A DNA stretch of 64,000 nucleotides from Candidatus Sungiibacteriota bacterium (GTDB lineage Bacteria; Patescibacteriota; Minisyncoccia; Sungbacterales; HO2-52-23): positions 786,724 through 850,723 of the forward strand of contig CP066690.1 of assembly GCA_016432465.1 (NCBI GenBank). The letters are read 5' to 3'. Below are positions 47,646-57,831 of the stretch, one piece after another. Both the position numbers and the translations under genes were made by a program. Positions within the stretch are counted from its first letter, which is position 1, and each line of letters begins with the position of its first letter. Below the pieces are notes generated by a model. It saw nothing but the letters and a program-made list of their open reading frames with translations, was not told where the DNA came from and searched no databases.

Positions 47646-48551
47646 ATGCCGCCAGAAATTTCCATTGTTGCTCCGATGCATAATGAAGAGGGTAATGCCC
47701 GGCCGCTTTACAATGCAATTAAGCAGACTATGGATAATCTTGGCCGCAGTTACGAGATAATTTTTGTTAATGATTTTTCCCGAGACAACACATTAAATAT
47801 TTTTAAAGAGATAAAGTCTCGTGATCCCAACTTTCATTACTGCGATCTTGAAGAAAATGCAGGAGAAAATTGGGCCATGCTGGCCGGTGTTTCCCGGGCG
47901 CAGGGAAAGATGGTAGTTACGATTGACGGCGATTTTCAAAATGATCCGCGCTACATACCTCTACTTTTAGATAAATTGAGTCAGGGCTACCGCGTAGTGA
48001 GCGGTTGGCGCAGAAATAGAATAGGAGGATTTTTTAGCAGAATCGCGCCTTCCGTAGCGGCCAACTTTCTTATTTCACTTATTTCCGGGGTGAGGGTGCA
48101 TGACTGCGGCTGTGGTCTTAAGGTCTATCGTAGGGAGGTTCTGGCGGGAAAGTTTGTGCCCAAGGGCTTTATGAATCGTTTTTCACCCGTTGTTTTCGGA
48201 GTAAAAAATCAGGAGTTTGCGGAGGTTGAAATTGAGGATCGGGTCAGGATCTATGGCCGGTCGCATTACGGCGCCAAGAGGATCTTGATAGTCTTTAACG
48301 ATCTTTTTGCCCTTCTTTTTATACTCCGCGGCTTCCGCAAGATGCGTCCTGTGGTTCTGACTCTGGCGTTGATATTTCCTGTTTTGGGACTTTTGGCCGC
48401 AACTTTGCTGCCTCCGCGTTCGTTACAATTTATAGTTCTTGTAGGCGCGGTCTTGCTCATGGAGACGGTTTTGGTAAGTATCTACTGGAATCTGGGCCGT
48501 TTTCTTGAAGCCGAAGTCCGCCCTCGTTTTAAAATTAAGGAGTTTGTATAA
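47646..48551 (+). CDS. GT2 glycosyltransferase (ArnC / polyprenol-phosphate glycosyltransferase-like)
   Basis: 'ISIVAPMHNE', 'VNDFSRD', 'TIDGDFQNDP', 'VVSGWR', 'HDCGCGLKVY'; two C-terminal TM helices. Confidence 0.9.
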   Translation: MPPEISIVAPMHNEEGNARPLYNAIKQTMDNLGRSYEIIFVNDFSRDNTLNIFKEIKSRDPNFHYCDLEENAGENWAMLAGVSRAQGKMVVTIDGDFQNDPRYIPLLLDKLSQGYRVVSGWRRNRIGGFFSRIAPSVAANFLISLISGVRVHDCGCGLKVYRREVLAGKFVPKGFMNRFSPVVFGVKNQEFAEVEIEDRVRIYGRSHYGAKRILIVFNDLFALLFILRGFRKMRPVVLTLALIFPVLGLLAATLLPPRSLQFIVLVGAVLLMETVLVSIYWNLGRFLEAEVRPRFKIKEFV

Positions 48552-49579
48552 TGTCCGATCCACGGCATAAAATACGGCTGGGTCTGGTGGGACTTGGGTA
48601 TTGGGGGCCAAAACTTCTGCAGAAATTTTCCCGAATTGAGGCAGCGGAAGTAGTGCGGTTTTGCGAGAAGTCAGAAGATCTGCTGCGCGATTTTGCGGAG
48701 CGCTACCCCCTGCGCTACCCGCCCACCGTCTCTTTTGAGGAGTTAATTTCTAACGAATCATACCCGCTCGATGCCGTTATTGTTGTAACCCCGCCGGAAA
48801 CCCATGCTGCGCTTGTAGCACAGGCAATGCTACGGGGCTTGGACGTATTTGTGGAAAAGCCGCTGGCCACTAATTTGCAGGACGCGTTGTATCTCGCCAA
48901 GTTGGCACGGGAAAAGAACCGGGTACTTATGGTTGATCATACTTTTTGTTACGACCACGCCCTTCTTTATGTAAGAAATTTATTGTCAGATCGGAAGTTT
49001 GGTACTGCCGACTTTCAAGGAAGCGCGTTTGAATGGCTGGGCGCGCGGAAAAAGCCTCAAGGCCCCAGTATTCTTTGGGACTCCGGACCTCACGCCGTTG
49101 CCGCCATGTTATTTTTACTGAAGAAAACACCAGAGCGGATTAGCATGCGTGTCGTAGAAAATCTCTCCGAAAACATACCAGCAACGATGACCGGATATGC
49201 AGAGTTTACCGACGGGCATAAGGCAGAAATTCGTCTTGCTTGGCAAGACGGTGTATTGGATGGCAAGATCGTAGAAAAAGCAGCTCGGGTTGCCATTTTT
49301 GGGGATAGAAGAAAGGTTTTGTACGAAGGCACTTTTGGAAAGCGGGAGGTGCTGCTGCATCATGATTGGGACGGAGCAATACTCGCACCCGGACTCACCT
49401 ATGAGGATGAACCACTGCAGACCGTATGTGAAGAGTTTATTCGCGCCGTGGCTGAGGGCGGCTCCGCTTTTACGGACGGAGACTTTGGTGCCAAGGTCGT
49501 GGCCATTCTTGAGGCGGCAGAACGTTCCTGTATGCGGGAAGGAGAACCGATACCAATAGTTTTGCCCCAACTTTCTTAA
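48551..49579 (+). CDS. Gfo/Idh/MocA-family oxidoreductase
   Basis: 'VGLGYWG', 'VTPPETH', 'VFVEKPLA', 'LMVDHTF'. Confidence 0.9.
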   Translation: MSDPRHKIRLGLVGLGYWGPKLLQKFSRIEAAEVVRFCEKSEDLLRDFAERYPLRYPPTVSFEELISNESYPLDAVIVVTPPETHAALVAQAMLRGLDVFVEKPLATNLQDALYLAKLAREKNRVLMVDHTFCYDHALLYVRNLLSDRKFGTADFQGSAFEWLGARKKPQGPSILWDSGPHAVAAMLFLLKKTPERISMRVVENLSENIPATMTGYAEFTDGHKAEIRLAWQDGVLDGKIVEKAARVAIFGDRRKVLYEGTFGKREVLLHHDWDGAILAPGLTYEDEPLQTVCEEFIRAVAEGGSAFTDGDFGAKVVAILEAAERSCMREGEPIPIVLPQLS

Positions 49580-49614
49580 GCTACCGCCAGAAAAATTTTG
49601 GCGGTATTCTTTAA

Positions 49615-51330
49615 ATGATTCCTTTGTTGCGTAACAACTATATCCGATTTTTTATTTCCGCCGCTGTTGCAGCGGGCGTCTTTTATTTTTTATGGAAAGT
49701 GGTTTTACGTGAAGATTTATCGCTCCTTTCTTTTAATTTTGCTGTACGTTGGGGAATGGCGGCGCTGGTTCTAAACTTTGTACCGCTTCTGGTAAAAAGT
49801 ATACGATTTCATTATTTTTTACGCGGTCAAGTTCCCAAGGGGACAATTTTAGGCACGGCCGCGATCCATAGTTTTTGGAACTATCTGCTTCCCTTCCGGG
49901 TAGGTGAACTTTCCTACGTTTATCTCATAAAAAAAACCGGTAGAGTCAGTACCGCAGAAACCATAACTTCTCTGGTGGCCGGACGCATTTTTGATGTTTT
50001 TGTGGTCATGCTTTTATTAAGTATCGCATCTTTTTTACTGTTCACGCCGAACGTAGTAGGATCTTTAGCTATCCAGTTTTTGTGGGGAGGAGTTTTGGTT
50101 GGTCTGGTGGGAGCCCTGATTTTGGGTAAACAGGCGGATAAGCTGACGGCTTTTTTGGGGCGTAGATCCTTAAGGTTTCAGGAGAAAGGATTAAAAGTTT
50201 TTGCTAAAATTTTTACCAACTTCCGGGGGATAGTTACGGCCTTGGGAAGGCTCAATACTACCTCAAGCCTTGCCGTCTTTTTTATCCTTTCTATTTTTGT
50301 TTGGGTTAGCGACTTTATTTTTGTTTGGACGGCTTTGCGCGCTGCCGGGCTTGTACTGTCTCCCGCGTCAGCGATTTTTATTGCGGCTTTTCCGGTGATT
50401 GCCGGTCTTCTGCCCCTGCAAACACCCGTGGGAATTGGTACTTTTGAAGGAACAATGCTCGCGGGGTTTGCGCTACTGGGCATTACCGGCCCCCAAGCAG
50501 TTTCCGCCAGCATTATTCTGCACGCCGAGTTGGTTTTTTTCTCTTTTATTTATGCATTGCTGGGTTACTGGTTTTATGTGCGTCCGATACTGGCAAAAAA
50601 AATAAGCGATTCTCCTGAAAGCCACACCGAGTTTTATCAGGCCCTCCAGAGTCCGGCTGGTGATTTTAGAAACCGCAATTTAGCAGAGCTTCTTGTTTCT
50701 TATGCCAAAGGAAGTTCTTTGCTTGACGTCGGGTGCGGCTATGGACTTTTGTTGTTGTTGGCCAAGCAGCGTGGTTATCAGGCCGTAGGAATTGAGCCTG
50801 ATCCGAAAATACGGTTAGTAGGGGAAGAGGCGTTTGGTCGGTTAGAAATTTACCCGTCTGCTATTCGTGATTTTAATCCGCCCAAACTTTTTGATACGGT
50901 AACAATGATTGACGTTTTGGAGTGTTTGGAGCAGGACAAAGAAGCGCTGGCGCGCGTTGTTTCCTGGGTGAGTCCGGGGGGGCGTCTTGTCCTAGCCGTA
51001 CCCGCGCACCCCTTGCTTTTCGGGACACGGGATAAGATGTTGAAATATTTCAGACGTTATAGCAAAAAAGACCTCGTGCCAGTTTTGCAAAACCTCGGTT
51101 TTAATAAAATTTATACACGCCACTGGAACGTACTGGGAGTGTTACCCTACGCCGTTCTTTATAAATTGTTATCTTTTCGCTCGCACTTTGAAGGTTGGCG
51201 CGGAGGCGGCGCCAACGGCGTAGTCAGGACTCGGCTCTCGTCACTTCTGAACTTCTGGTTCAGACACGTAGAAAATCGTCTTAATGCGGGATTGGGCCTG
51301 ACGCTGATTGTGGTGGCAGAGAAGGAATAG
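49615..51330 (+). CDS. Flippase-like (lysylphosphatidylglycerol synthase TM / UPF0104) domain fused to a SAM methyltransferase
   Basis: 'NYLLPFRVGE', 'GRIFD', 'GIGTFE'; C-terminal 'LLDVGCGYG', 'DVLEC', 'AVPAHP...RRYSK'. Confidence 0.8.
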   Translation: MIPLLRNNYIRFFISAAVAAGVFYFLWKVVLREDLSLLSFNFAVRWGMAALVLNFVPLLVKSIRFHYFLRGQVPKGTILGTAAIHSFWNYLLPFRVGELSYVYLIKKTGRVSTAETITSLVAGRIFDVFVVMLLLSIASFLLFTPNVVGSLAIQFLWGGVLVGLVGALILGKQADKLTAFLGRRSLRFQEKGLKVFAKIFTNFRGIVTALGRLNTTSSLAVFFILSIFVWVSDFIFVWTALRAAGLVLSPASAIFIAAFPVIAGLLPLQTPVGIGTFEGTMLAGFALLGITGPQAVSASIILHAELVFFSFIYALLGYWFYVRPILAKKISDSPESHTEFYQALQSPAGDFRNRNLAELLVSYAKGSSLLDVGCGYGLLLLLAKQRGYQAVGIEPDPKIRLVGEEAFGRLEIYPSAIRDFNPPKLFDTVTMIDVLECLEQDKEALARVVSWVSPGGRLVLAVPAHPLLFGTRDKMLKYFRRYSKKDLVPVLQNLGFNKIYTRHWNVLGVLPYAVLYKLLSFRSHFEGWRGGGANGVVRTRLSSLLNFWFRHVENRLNAGLGLTLIVVAEKE

Positions 51331-51346
51331 ACGTATTCCGGATTTA

Positions 51347-51389
51347 TCCCCCCACCTTCCCAGAATACTCCGCTGGGAAGGTGAGGGGA
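51347..51389. mobile_element. 43-bp short form of the TCCCCCCACC MITE
   Basis: TCCCCCCACCTTCCCAG-AATACTCCG-CTGGGAAGGTGAGGGGA; equals the long copy minus the segment between its TACCCCGC direct repeats. Confidence 0.7.
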
Positions 51390-51428
51390 TTCATTGTCAC
51401 AGAACTACCGTCGTGTTAATCTTTAAAA

Positions 51429-53654
51429 ATGCAGCGAAACACTCTTGAGCGTACCGTAGTTTGGGTAGTCAAAATCGGGCTTTGGTTATTGCCGTTTTTG
51501 CCTCTTTATATTTCTTCAACCATGCTCTTCCCGTTTATTACCGGGAAGAATTTTGCTTTCAGGATTTTGGTTGAGGTCCTTTTTGCTTTTTGGGTTGGGC
51601 TGATGGTTGCCTGGCCTAAGTATCGTCCTCGGCTCACCCCGCTTTTAAAAGCGTCCACCATTTTTATTCTGATTGTTTTTTTAGCCGATCTTTTCAGCCC
51701 CAGCCCCTACCGAGCTTTCTTTTCTAACTACGAAAGGATGGAAGGGTTTATGATGGTTTTTCATCTCTGGCTTTATTTCCTGATGCTCTCCAACGTCTTT
51801 CGGACAAAGAAGGATTGGTTAGTTTTTTGGCACTCAACACTGGCCGCAAGCATTGTAGTCGGTTTTGTCGCGCTTATGCAAAAACTGGGATATCGCGTCT
51901 CTATCCAAGGGGGTTATCGCGTGGATTCCACCATTGGTAACCCGGCCTATCTTGCGGCGTATCTCTCCTTGAATGTCTGGATTATTTTTATGATGCTCCG
52001 GAGATTTTGGAGCAGGTGGTGGCTTCGTATTGTCTACACCGCGGCTTTGCTTTTTGAACTCATCATAATTTATTTCACCGCCACTCGCGGGGCGGCCGTT
52101 GCTTTTGCGCTAATAACGCCGTTGATGGCGCTGGCGGTAGTTATTTTCTGGCCGCGGCTTTTTCCTAATCGTATTTCTTGGCGTCCCTTGGCCGTTGCTG
52201 CTGTCCTGGTTTTCTTTGCTATTCCCGTTATATTCTGGCAGCTGCGTAACACCCACCTTATCCGTTCCAACCAAATTCTTAACCGCTTTGGTTCGATTTC
52301 CCTGCAGGATACAACTACGCAGGCCCGTTTTTCTATCTGGAAGATGTCACTTAGAGGAGTATTAGAGAGGCCGCTTTTTGGTTGGGGACAGGAAAATTAT
52401 TATCTTGTGTTTCAGAAATATTTTGATCCCAAGCTTTATTCCAGCGAGCCCTGGTTTGATCGTTCGCACAATGTGGTGCTGGATTGGCTAGTACATACAG
52501 GCGTCTTTGGTTTTGTTGCATTTTTTTCAATGCTGGGCGCGGCTTTCTGGGGTGTGGGGAGAGCTATACGAAGAGGCAGGATTGATGCCGGAGAAGGGAT
52601 ATTTTTGGGGGCTGCCTTGGGGAGTTACTTTATCCAAAACCTATTTGTTTTTGACAACCTAAATACCTATCTTCTTCTTTTCGCATTTTTTGCCTACACC
52701 AACTCTTTATATGAAGGTGAGCCAGAAGGGCGCCCCTCTTCTATACCCAACCCAAATTATGGACTGGCTATGGGCGGGGCGGCTTTGCTGCTGGTGTTAC
52801 TGCTTTTTTACCCGCTTCACTTCAAGCCCATTCGTCAGGCGCAGGCCCTCATTAGTGCCTTGAGGCTAAGTTACAGTAACGGCAATGCCGTTCAAATCAG
52901 GACCGCTTTTGAACAGGCGCTTTCCTATCAATCTTTTGGCACCACCGAGGTCAGGGAGCAGTTGGGAACTTTTGCGCGCGGAGTCCCCAATATCCAGCGT
53001 TTTACCGAGGATGAACAAAGAGGGTTTGTTAATTTTGCCGTGGAGGAACTTAAAAAAGAAATTTTAAAACCCAGCCGCGATGCTAAACACATGATTTTTA
53101 TCGCCTCTATACTAAATCAGGCGGCCCGCCTTAACCCCGCTTACGTTGATGAGGCAGTAACGATTATGCGGGAGGCCATCCGTCTTGCGCCCGCCAAACA
53201 AATTTTTTACTTTGAACTGGCCCAAGCGTATATTCTGCGCAAGGAATATGATCAAGCAATTGAAGTATTGCGTCAGGCCGTTCAGCTGGAACCCAATTAC
53301 GGGAAAGCAACCGGTAATCTCTTTGTTGTTGGTGCTCTGGCCGGACGTGCAGATATAATGAATGAGGCCTTCGGCAAGATTAATTTAAAAACTGCAGGAG
53401 AAGAAACGCTTAATACGGTTGGAAAAATTTATCGGAATTCCGGGGCGTATGAGCAGGCGAGGAAAGTTTATGAGCAGTTGGTAGAAATATCACCCGAAAA
53501 AGCTTCGTATCACGCAACACTGGCAGCTCTTTTGGGGGAGTTGGGAGAATATGAGTTGGCGAAAAAAGAAATTGGGCAGACCGTAGCGCTTGATCCCGCC
53601 GCCGGGGAAGAGGCCCGGGTGTTTCTCGAAATGTTGAAACAAAAAATGAGATAA
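51429..53654 (+). CDS. O-antigen ligase-like (Wzy_C) membrane protein with C-terminal TPRs
   Basis: 'STIGNPAYLA', 'TATRGA', 'RPLFGWGQEN', 'DRSHN..LDWLVHTG'. Confidence 0.88.
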   Translation: MQRNTLERTVVWVVKIGLWLLPFLPLYISSTMLFPFITGKNFAFRILVEVLFAFWVGLMVAWPKYRPRLTPLLKASTIFILIVFLADLFSPSPYRAFFSNYERMEGFMMVFHLWLYFLMLSNVFRTKKDWLVFWHSTLAASIVVGFVALMQKLGYRVSIQGGYRVDSTIGNPAYLAAYLSLNVWIIFMMLRRFWSRWWLRIVYTAALLFELIIIYFTATRGAAVAFALITPLMALAVVIFWPRLFPNRISWRPLAVAAVLVFFAIPVIFWQLRNTHLIRSNQILNRFGSISLQDTTTQARFSIWKMSLRGVLERPLFGWGQENYYLVFQKYFDPKLYSSEPWFDRSHNVVLDWLVHTGVFGFVAFFSMLGAAFWGVGRAIRRGRIDAGEGIFLGAALGSYFIQNLFVFDNLNTYLLLFAFFAYTNSLYEGEPEGRPSSIPNPNYGLAMGGAALLLVLLLFYPLHFKPIRQAQALISALRLSYSNGNAVQIRTAFEQALSYQSFGTTEVREQLGTFARGVPNIQRFTEDEQRGFVNFAVEELKKEILKPSRDAKHMIFIASILNQAARLNPAYVDEAVTIMREAIRLAPAKQIFYFELAQAYILRKEYDQAIEVLRQAVQLEPNYGKATGNLFVVGALAGRADIMNEAFGKINLKTAGEETLNTVGKIYRNSGAYEQARKVYEQLVEISPEKASYHATLAALLGELGEYELAKKEIGQTVALDPAAGEEARVFLEMLKQKMR

Positions 53655-53693
53655 TTGGTAACCACCAGCGCCCCTAGCTCGTTTTATTATGTG

Positions 53694-54620
53694 ATGGCAC
53701 AGGAAAGACTTAAAATTGGGATTATAGGGGTGGGAATGGTGGGGACACCGCTTAAACGCTATTTTGAAGAACGACAGGGTTACCAGAGGGGCGAGACCAT
53801 TTTTCTTTACGACATAGACCCCAAGAAGGGCTATTTTGATGACATCAACAGGGCTGATGTTATTTTTATTTCTGTTCCTACACCCCGTTCCCCGGATGGA
53901 TCGGCCAATGTTTCGGCCGTTGCCTCTGCCTTGGAGATGATTCAGGGAAATAAAATCGCAGTGATTAAATCAACGGTGCCTCCCGGCACCACCGAGTTTT
54001 TTCAAAAAAAATATCCACAGCACAAAGTTTTATTTAACCCGGAATTTCTTACCGAGAAGCACGCTTGGGAAGATTTTATAAAACCGGATCGCCAGATTGT
54101 GGGTTTTACGGATCAGAGTCTTGATGCCGCGCATTTTGTGCTTTCGCTTCTCCCCAAGGCCCCTTTTATGTCGCCGTGGGGCCTTAATACTTACCGCCCC
54201 ATCAAGATTACCGCCACCGAAGCGGAGATTATTAAATACGGCGGCAACATTCATTTTGCCCGCAAGGTCAATTTGGCTAACGTCCTGGCTTTGTTTACCG
54301 AAAAACTCGGAGCAAATTATGAAAATGTGCGGGTGGGGTTGGCTGCAGATTTTAGAATAGGGGATTCGCATCTTGACGTGATCCATGGCGGCTATAAGGG
54401 GTTCGGGGGTTTTTGTTTCCCAAAGGATCTAGATGCTTTTGTGGCGCATTTGGGATCTCATGGTCTTAAGGAAGCGGCGGAACTTTTGCGTAGTGATCGC
54501 GCCTTTAACGAAAAACTTTTGGCGGGGCAGGGGCTGACACTGGAAGATGTATCAGTGCACGACCATGAATGGATACATAACAAATTAAAAACGAAAAGTG
54601 AAAAAGGCAAAACGGAGTAG
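53694..54620 (+). CDS. UDP-glucose/GDP-mannose dehydrogenase family (short form lacking the C-terminal domain)
   Basis: 'GIIGVGMVG', 'SVPTP', 'KSTVPPGTT', 'NPEFL', 'AEIIKY', 'GFGGFCFPKD'. Confidence 0.9.
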   Translation: MAQERLKIGIIGVGMVGTPLKRYFEERQGYQRGETIFLYDIDPKKGYFDDINRADVIFISVPTPRSPDGSANVSAVASALEMIQGNKIAVIKSTVPPGTTEFFQKKYPQHKVLFNPEFLTEKHAWEDFIKPDRQIVGFTDQSLDAAHFVLSLLPKAPFMSPWGLNTYRPIKITATEAEIIKYGGNIHFARKVNLANVLALFTEKLGANYENVRVGLAADFRIGDSHLDVIHGGYKGFGGFCFPKDLDAFVAHLGSHGLKEAAELLRSDRAFNEKLLAGQGLTLEDVSVHDHEWIHNKLKTKSEKGKTE

Positions 54621-55512
54621 TAAGCCTAGAATACTTCTGACCGGGGGTTCGGGCTACATTGGATCAGAAATTAGAAAGCGCTTGGGTGAGCGTTTTCATT
54701 TTATCAATATGGATATTAAGTCAGGCCGCCGGGATGACGTACGAAATTTTAAACGTCTTCGGCGTGCCGTACGCAGTGTAGACGGTGTTTTGCACTTGGC
54801 GGCCGTTTCCCGCCCCAAATGGGGGTACCAGGATCCCTACCATTGTCTTATCACCAACGTGGTGGGCACCATTAATGTTTTGGAAGCAGTACGGTTGATA
54901 AACCCCCGTGCTTGGATCATTTTAGCTTCCAGTCGGGAGGTTTTTGGAAATTTGGCCAAATTTCCCGCAACCGAAAAAAGCCCGCGCAACCCTCTTAATG
55001 CTTATGCTGTCTCTAAAGTTTGCGGTGAAGACCTGCAGCGGCAATACGCAAAAAATTATGGACTGCGGTGCCTTACGCTGCGTTTTTGCGGAGTATATAC
55101 CGGACGCAGAGATATTCTGGACCGCGTTATCCCGCACTTTATTTTGCAGGCGTTAAAGAGTCGTCCCCTTATTATTGAAGGCAGCGGCAGACAAAAGGGT
55201 GACTATGTTTATATAGATGATGCCGTAGAAGGAGTGAGACGCGCGATTCACCACGTTTCTTCCAAGCGGACCGGATTTTATGATCATATTACTCTAGCCG
55301 CCCAAAACCCGATTACTCTCACCGATCTTGCCCGGATGATCATAAAGCTCGCGGGCAGCAAAAGTTCTGTTATCCATGCTCCACCCAGAAGTTATGATCA
55401 GCAGGGATTTTGGGGCACGTTCAAAAAAGCATATCGTCTTCTGGGCTGGAGGCCGCGGGTTTCTCTCCCTGCGGGATTGCGCCGCTCTATTAAGGAACTA
55501 CGAAAATTATGA
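54598..55512 (+). CDS. NAD-dependent epimerase/dehydratase
   Basis: 'TGGSGYIG', 'HLAA', 'YAVSK'. Confidence 0.9.
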   Translation: MKKAKRSSKPRILLTGGSGYIGSEIRKRLGERFHFINMDIKSGRRDDVRNFKRLRRAVRSVDGVLHLAAVSRPKWGYQDPYHCLITNVVGTINVLEAVRLINPRAWIILASSREVFGNLAKFPATEKSPRNPLNAYAVSKVCGEDLQRQYAKNYGLRCLTLRFCGVYTGRRDILDRVIPHFILQALKSRPLIIEGSGRQKGDYVYIDDAVEGVRRAIHHVSSKRTGFYDHITLAAQNPITLTDLARMIIKLAGSKSSVIHAPPRSYDQQGFWGTFKKAYRLLGWRPRVSLPAGLRRSIKELRKL

Positions 55513-56420
55513 GTACAATAAAAGTAATAGTAACCGGAGGGGCGGGCTTTATTGGTTCGCATCTGGTTGATGCTCTGATTGAGAAAGGATATGAAGTTTA
55601 TGCTCTGGACACGTTTCTAGCGGGGAAACGTGAACACTTAAATCCGGCTGCGATATTGCACGAGGCCGATATTCGTGATTTTGATAATTTGGTAAAAATT
55701 TTTCAGGGCGCGCGCTATGTTTTTCATACTGCAGCTCTGCCTCGGGTACAGCCTTCAATTCAGGATCCGCGCACCACCCATGATATAAATGTAAACGGGA
55801 CCTTAAATGTTTTGGTGGCAGCGCGGGATGCGGGGATAAAGAGGGTGATTTATTCTGCTTCTTCTTCCGCCTACGGCAATCAGGAAAAACTTCCGCTGCG
55901 GGAAGACATGGGGGCCTGTCCCTTAAGTCCTTACGGAATGCAAAAATATATAGGGGAGCTTTATTGTAGGCTTTTTTCGGAAATCTATGCTTTGGAGACT
56001 GTGGCTCTTCGTTATTTTAATGTTTATGGTCCTCGTGCTTCCACCCAAGGGGCTTATGCCTTAGTGATTGGAAGATTTTTGGAGCAAAGAAAACAGGGAG
56101 AGTCCCTGACTATAGTTCCAGATGGCATGCAGTCGCGAGATTTTACACATGTACGGGATGTGGTGCGTGCGAATATCTTGGCTGCCGAATCCCCAAAGGT
56201 CGGCAGGGGCGAAACCATTAACATTGGGGGAGGAAAAGATCGAACAGTACTTGAGATCGCAGACCTCATAGGGGGTCCGAGAGTTTTTATTGAGCCCCGG
56301 CTTGAGCCCAAACACACGTTAGCAGATATTACTAAAGCCCGGGAACTTCTGGGTTGGAGTCCGGAGGTAAACTTTGAAGATGGAATTCAGGAGCTGAAGA
56401 ATTTATACGGCATTAGATAA
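55509..56420 (+). CDS. NAD-dependent epimerase/dehydratase (UDP-GlcNAc 4-epimerase-like)
   Basis: 'TGGAGFIGSH', 'SASSSAYG', 'PYGMQK', 'LRYFNVYGP', 'RDFTHV'. Confidence 0.92.
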   Translation: MSTIKVIVTGGAGFIGSHLVDALIEKGYEVYALDTFLAGKREHLNPAAILHEADIRDFDNLVKIFQGARYVFHTAALPRVQPSIQDPRTTHDINVNGTLNVLVAARDAGIKRVIYSASSSAYGNQEKLPLREDMGACPLSPYGMQKYIGELYCRLFSEIYALETVALRYFNVYGPRASTQGAYALVIGRFLEQRKQGESLTIVPDGMQSRDFTHVRDVVRANILAAESPKVGRGETINIGGGKDRTVLEIADLIGGPRVFIEPRLEPKHTLADITKARELLGWSPEVNFEDGIQELKNLYGIR

Positions 56421-56454
56421 CTAAAATCCCCCGATGGTAATCGGGGGATTTTAG
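56421..56454. terminator. Bidirectional terminator
   Basis: CTAAAATCCCCCGAT-GGTA-ATCGGGGGATTTTAG between convergent genes. Confidence 0.75.
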
Positions 56455-57831
56455 TTATCTTCCCGTCCGATGCAGAAGGGCAAATAGAGTTTTTATAATT
56501 ATAAGAAAATCAAGCAGAGCCGATCGATTTTTAGTATAATAAAGGTCATACTGCATCTTTTCCGGCGCATCTTCCACCGAAGCGTCATTCTCCATATTAA
56601 CCTGCGCCCAGCCGGTAAGCCCCGGTGGGATCAGAAGTCTCATCTCGTAGAATGGGATTTTTTGTTTAAGCTCGGCAACGTAATGGGGGCGTTCCGGCCG
56701 CGGCCCCACAAAGGACATCTCACCCTTTAGGATATTTATAATTTGGGGAAGTTCATCCAGATAACTTTTTCTAAGAAACCTGCCGGTACGGGTGTGGCGC
56801 GGGTCACGACCGGCCTCTTTTTGACCGCTAAGGTTTTCCGCGTCTTTTACCATAGAGCGGTATTTTATCAGCCAGAAGTCTTTTCCGTGCCGTCCCACCC
56901 TCTTTTGACGGTAAAAAGTCGGTCCCTCCGAATCAAGCTTTATGGCCAGGGCAATAAATGGTAAGAGGAGTAGAGTCGGAATGCCGAGCAGAGTGGCCAG
57001 CGCCACGTCCCCGATTCTTTTGAAAAATTCGTAAAACTTTTTTCGGATGCCGATAAGGTTTTCCAAAAACCAAACCTCTCCGATTAAGGAAAGAGGAATT
57101 TTCCCGGTAAGCATTTCATGATACTGGGGAAATTCAGCCACCGATATCCCCAGCGGTATTACCTGAAAGAGAAGTCTAACCAAGGTTTTATTTCCTTTAA
57201 GATCGCTGGTTATGACAATGGTATCAGCGCCGGTATCACGCAGAATATGATCCAGATTTTGATTAAATTGATAGTGGGGAAGGGGAAGGATATCTGGATC
57301 GTTTCGGGACTCACCGTTAGAGACAAAAGCCACTGGCCGCTGTCCCAATTGAGGGTTTTTAAGAAGGAAGTCCGCCAGTTCCACCATTTCCCGGTTTACT
57401 CCAAAAAAAATAACGCGCGGAGCATGGGTACGGATGATGATGAGATTAAAAAGATAGCGCCAAAGGAAAATATAGATGGTGGCAATTCCCGTGATAAGAA
57501 AGAGATTACGCCGCGGTTCTATTTCAAATATGGGGATAAGATAAAGCACTAGAATCGTGACTACGGCGTTGGTGGCCATGACGCGCAGCAGCCGGTACAA
57601 AAAGACCTTACTATTTTTCATAAAGCGCAGGTCATAGAATCCGAATGCCCCGAATATTACGAGCCAGAGGAGAAAAATTATAGAGAAGGGAAGGAGATGT
57701 CGCTTAACCAATAGGGTATCAAGTTCATAATATTGCCGTAAAAAAAGAGCGCCGAACAGCGCGGCATAAAAAAGGATCAGGTCGCCCAAGATGAGTAAGG
57801 AGACTTTTAAAGAGTGTCCCCGTTTAAGCAT
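56455..57831 (-). CDS. Polyprenyl-phosphate sugar (priming) transferase, WcaJ/WbaP-like
   Basis: 'KRIGD', 'FYRQKRVG', 'KYRSM', 'LDELPQIINILKGEMSFVGPRPE', 'PGLTGWAQV', 'DLYY'. Confidence 0.93.
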   Translation of the reverse strand: MLKRGHSLKVSLLILGDLILFYAALFGALFLRQYYELDTLLVKRHLLPFSIIFLLWLVIFGAFGFYDLRFMKNSKVFLYRLLRVMATNAVVTILVLYLIPIFEIEPRRNLFLITGIATIYIFLWRYLFNLIIIRTHAPRVIFFGVNREMVELADFLLKNPQLGQRPVAFVSNGESRNDPDILPLPHYQFNQNLDHILRDTGADTIVITSDLKGNKTLVRLLFQVIPLGISVAEFPQYHEMLTGKIPLSLIGEVWFLENLIGIRKKFYEFFKRIGDVALATLLGIPTLLLLPFIALAIKLDSEGPTFYRQKRVGRHGKDFWLIKYRSMVKDAENLSGQKEAGRDPRHTRTGRFLRKSYLDELPQIINILKGEMSFVGPRPERPHYVAELKQKIPFYEMRLLIPPGLTGWAQVNMENDASVEDAPEKMQYDLYYTKNRSALLDFLIIIKTLFALLHRTGR

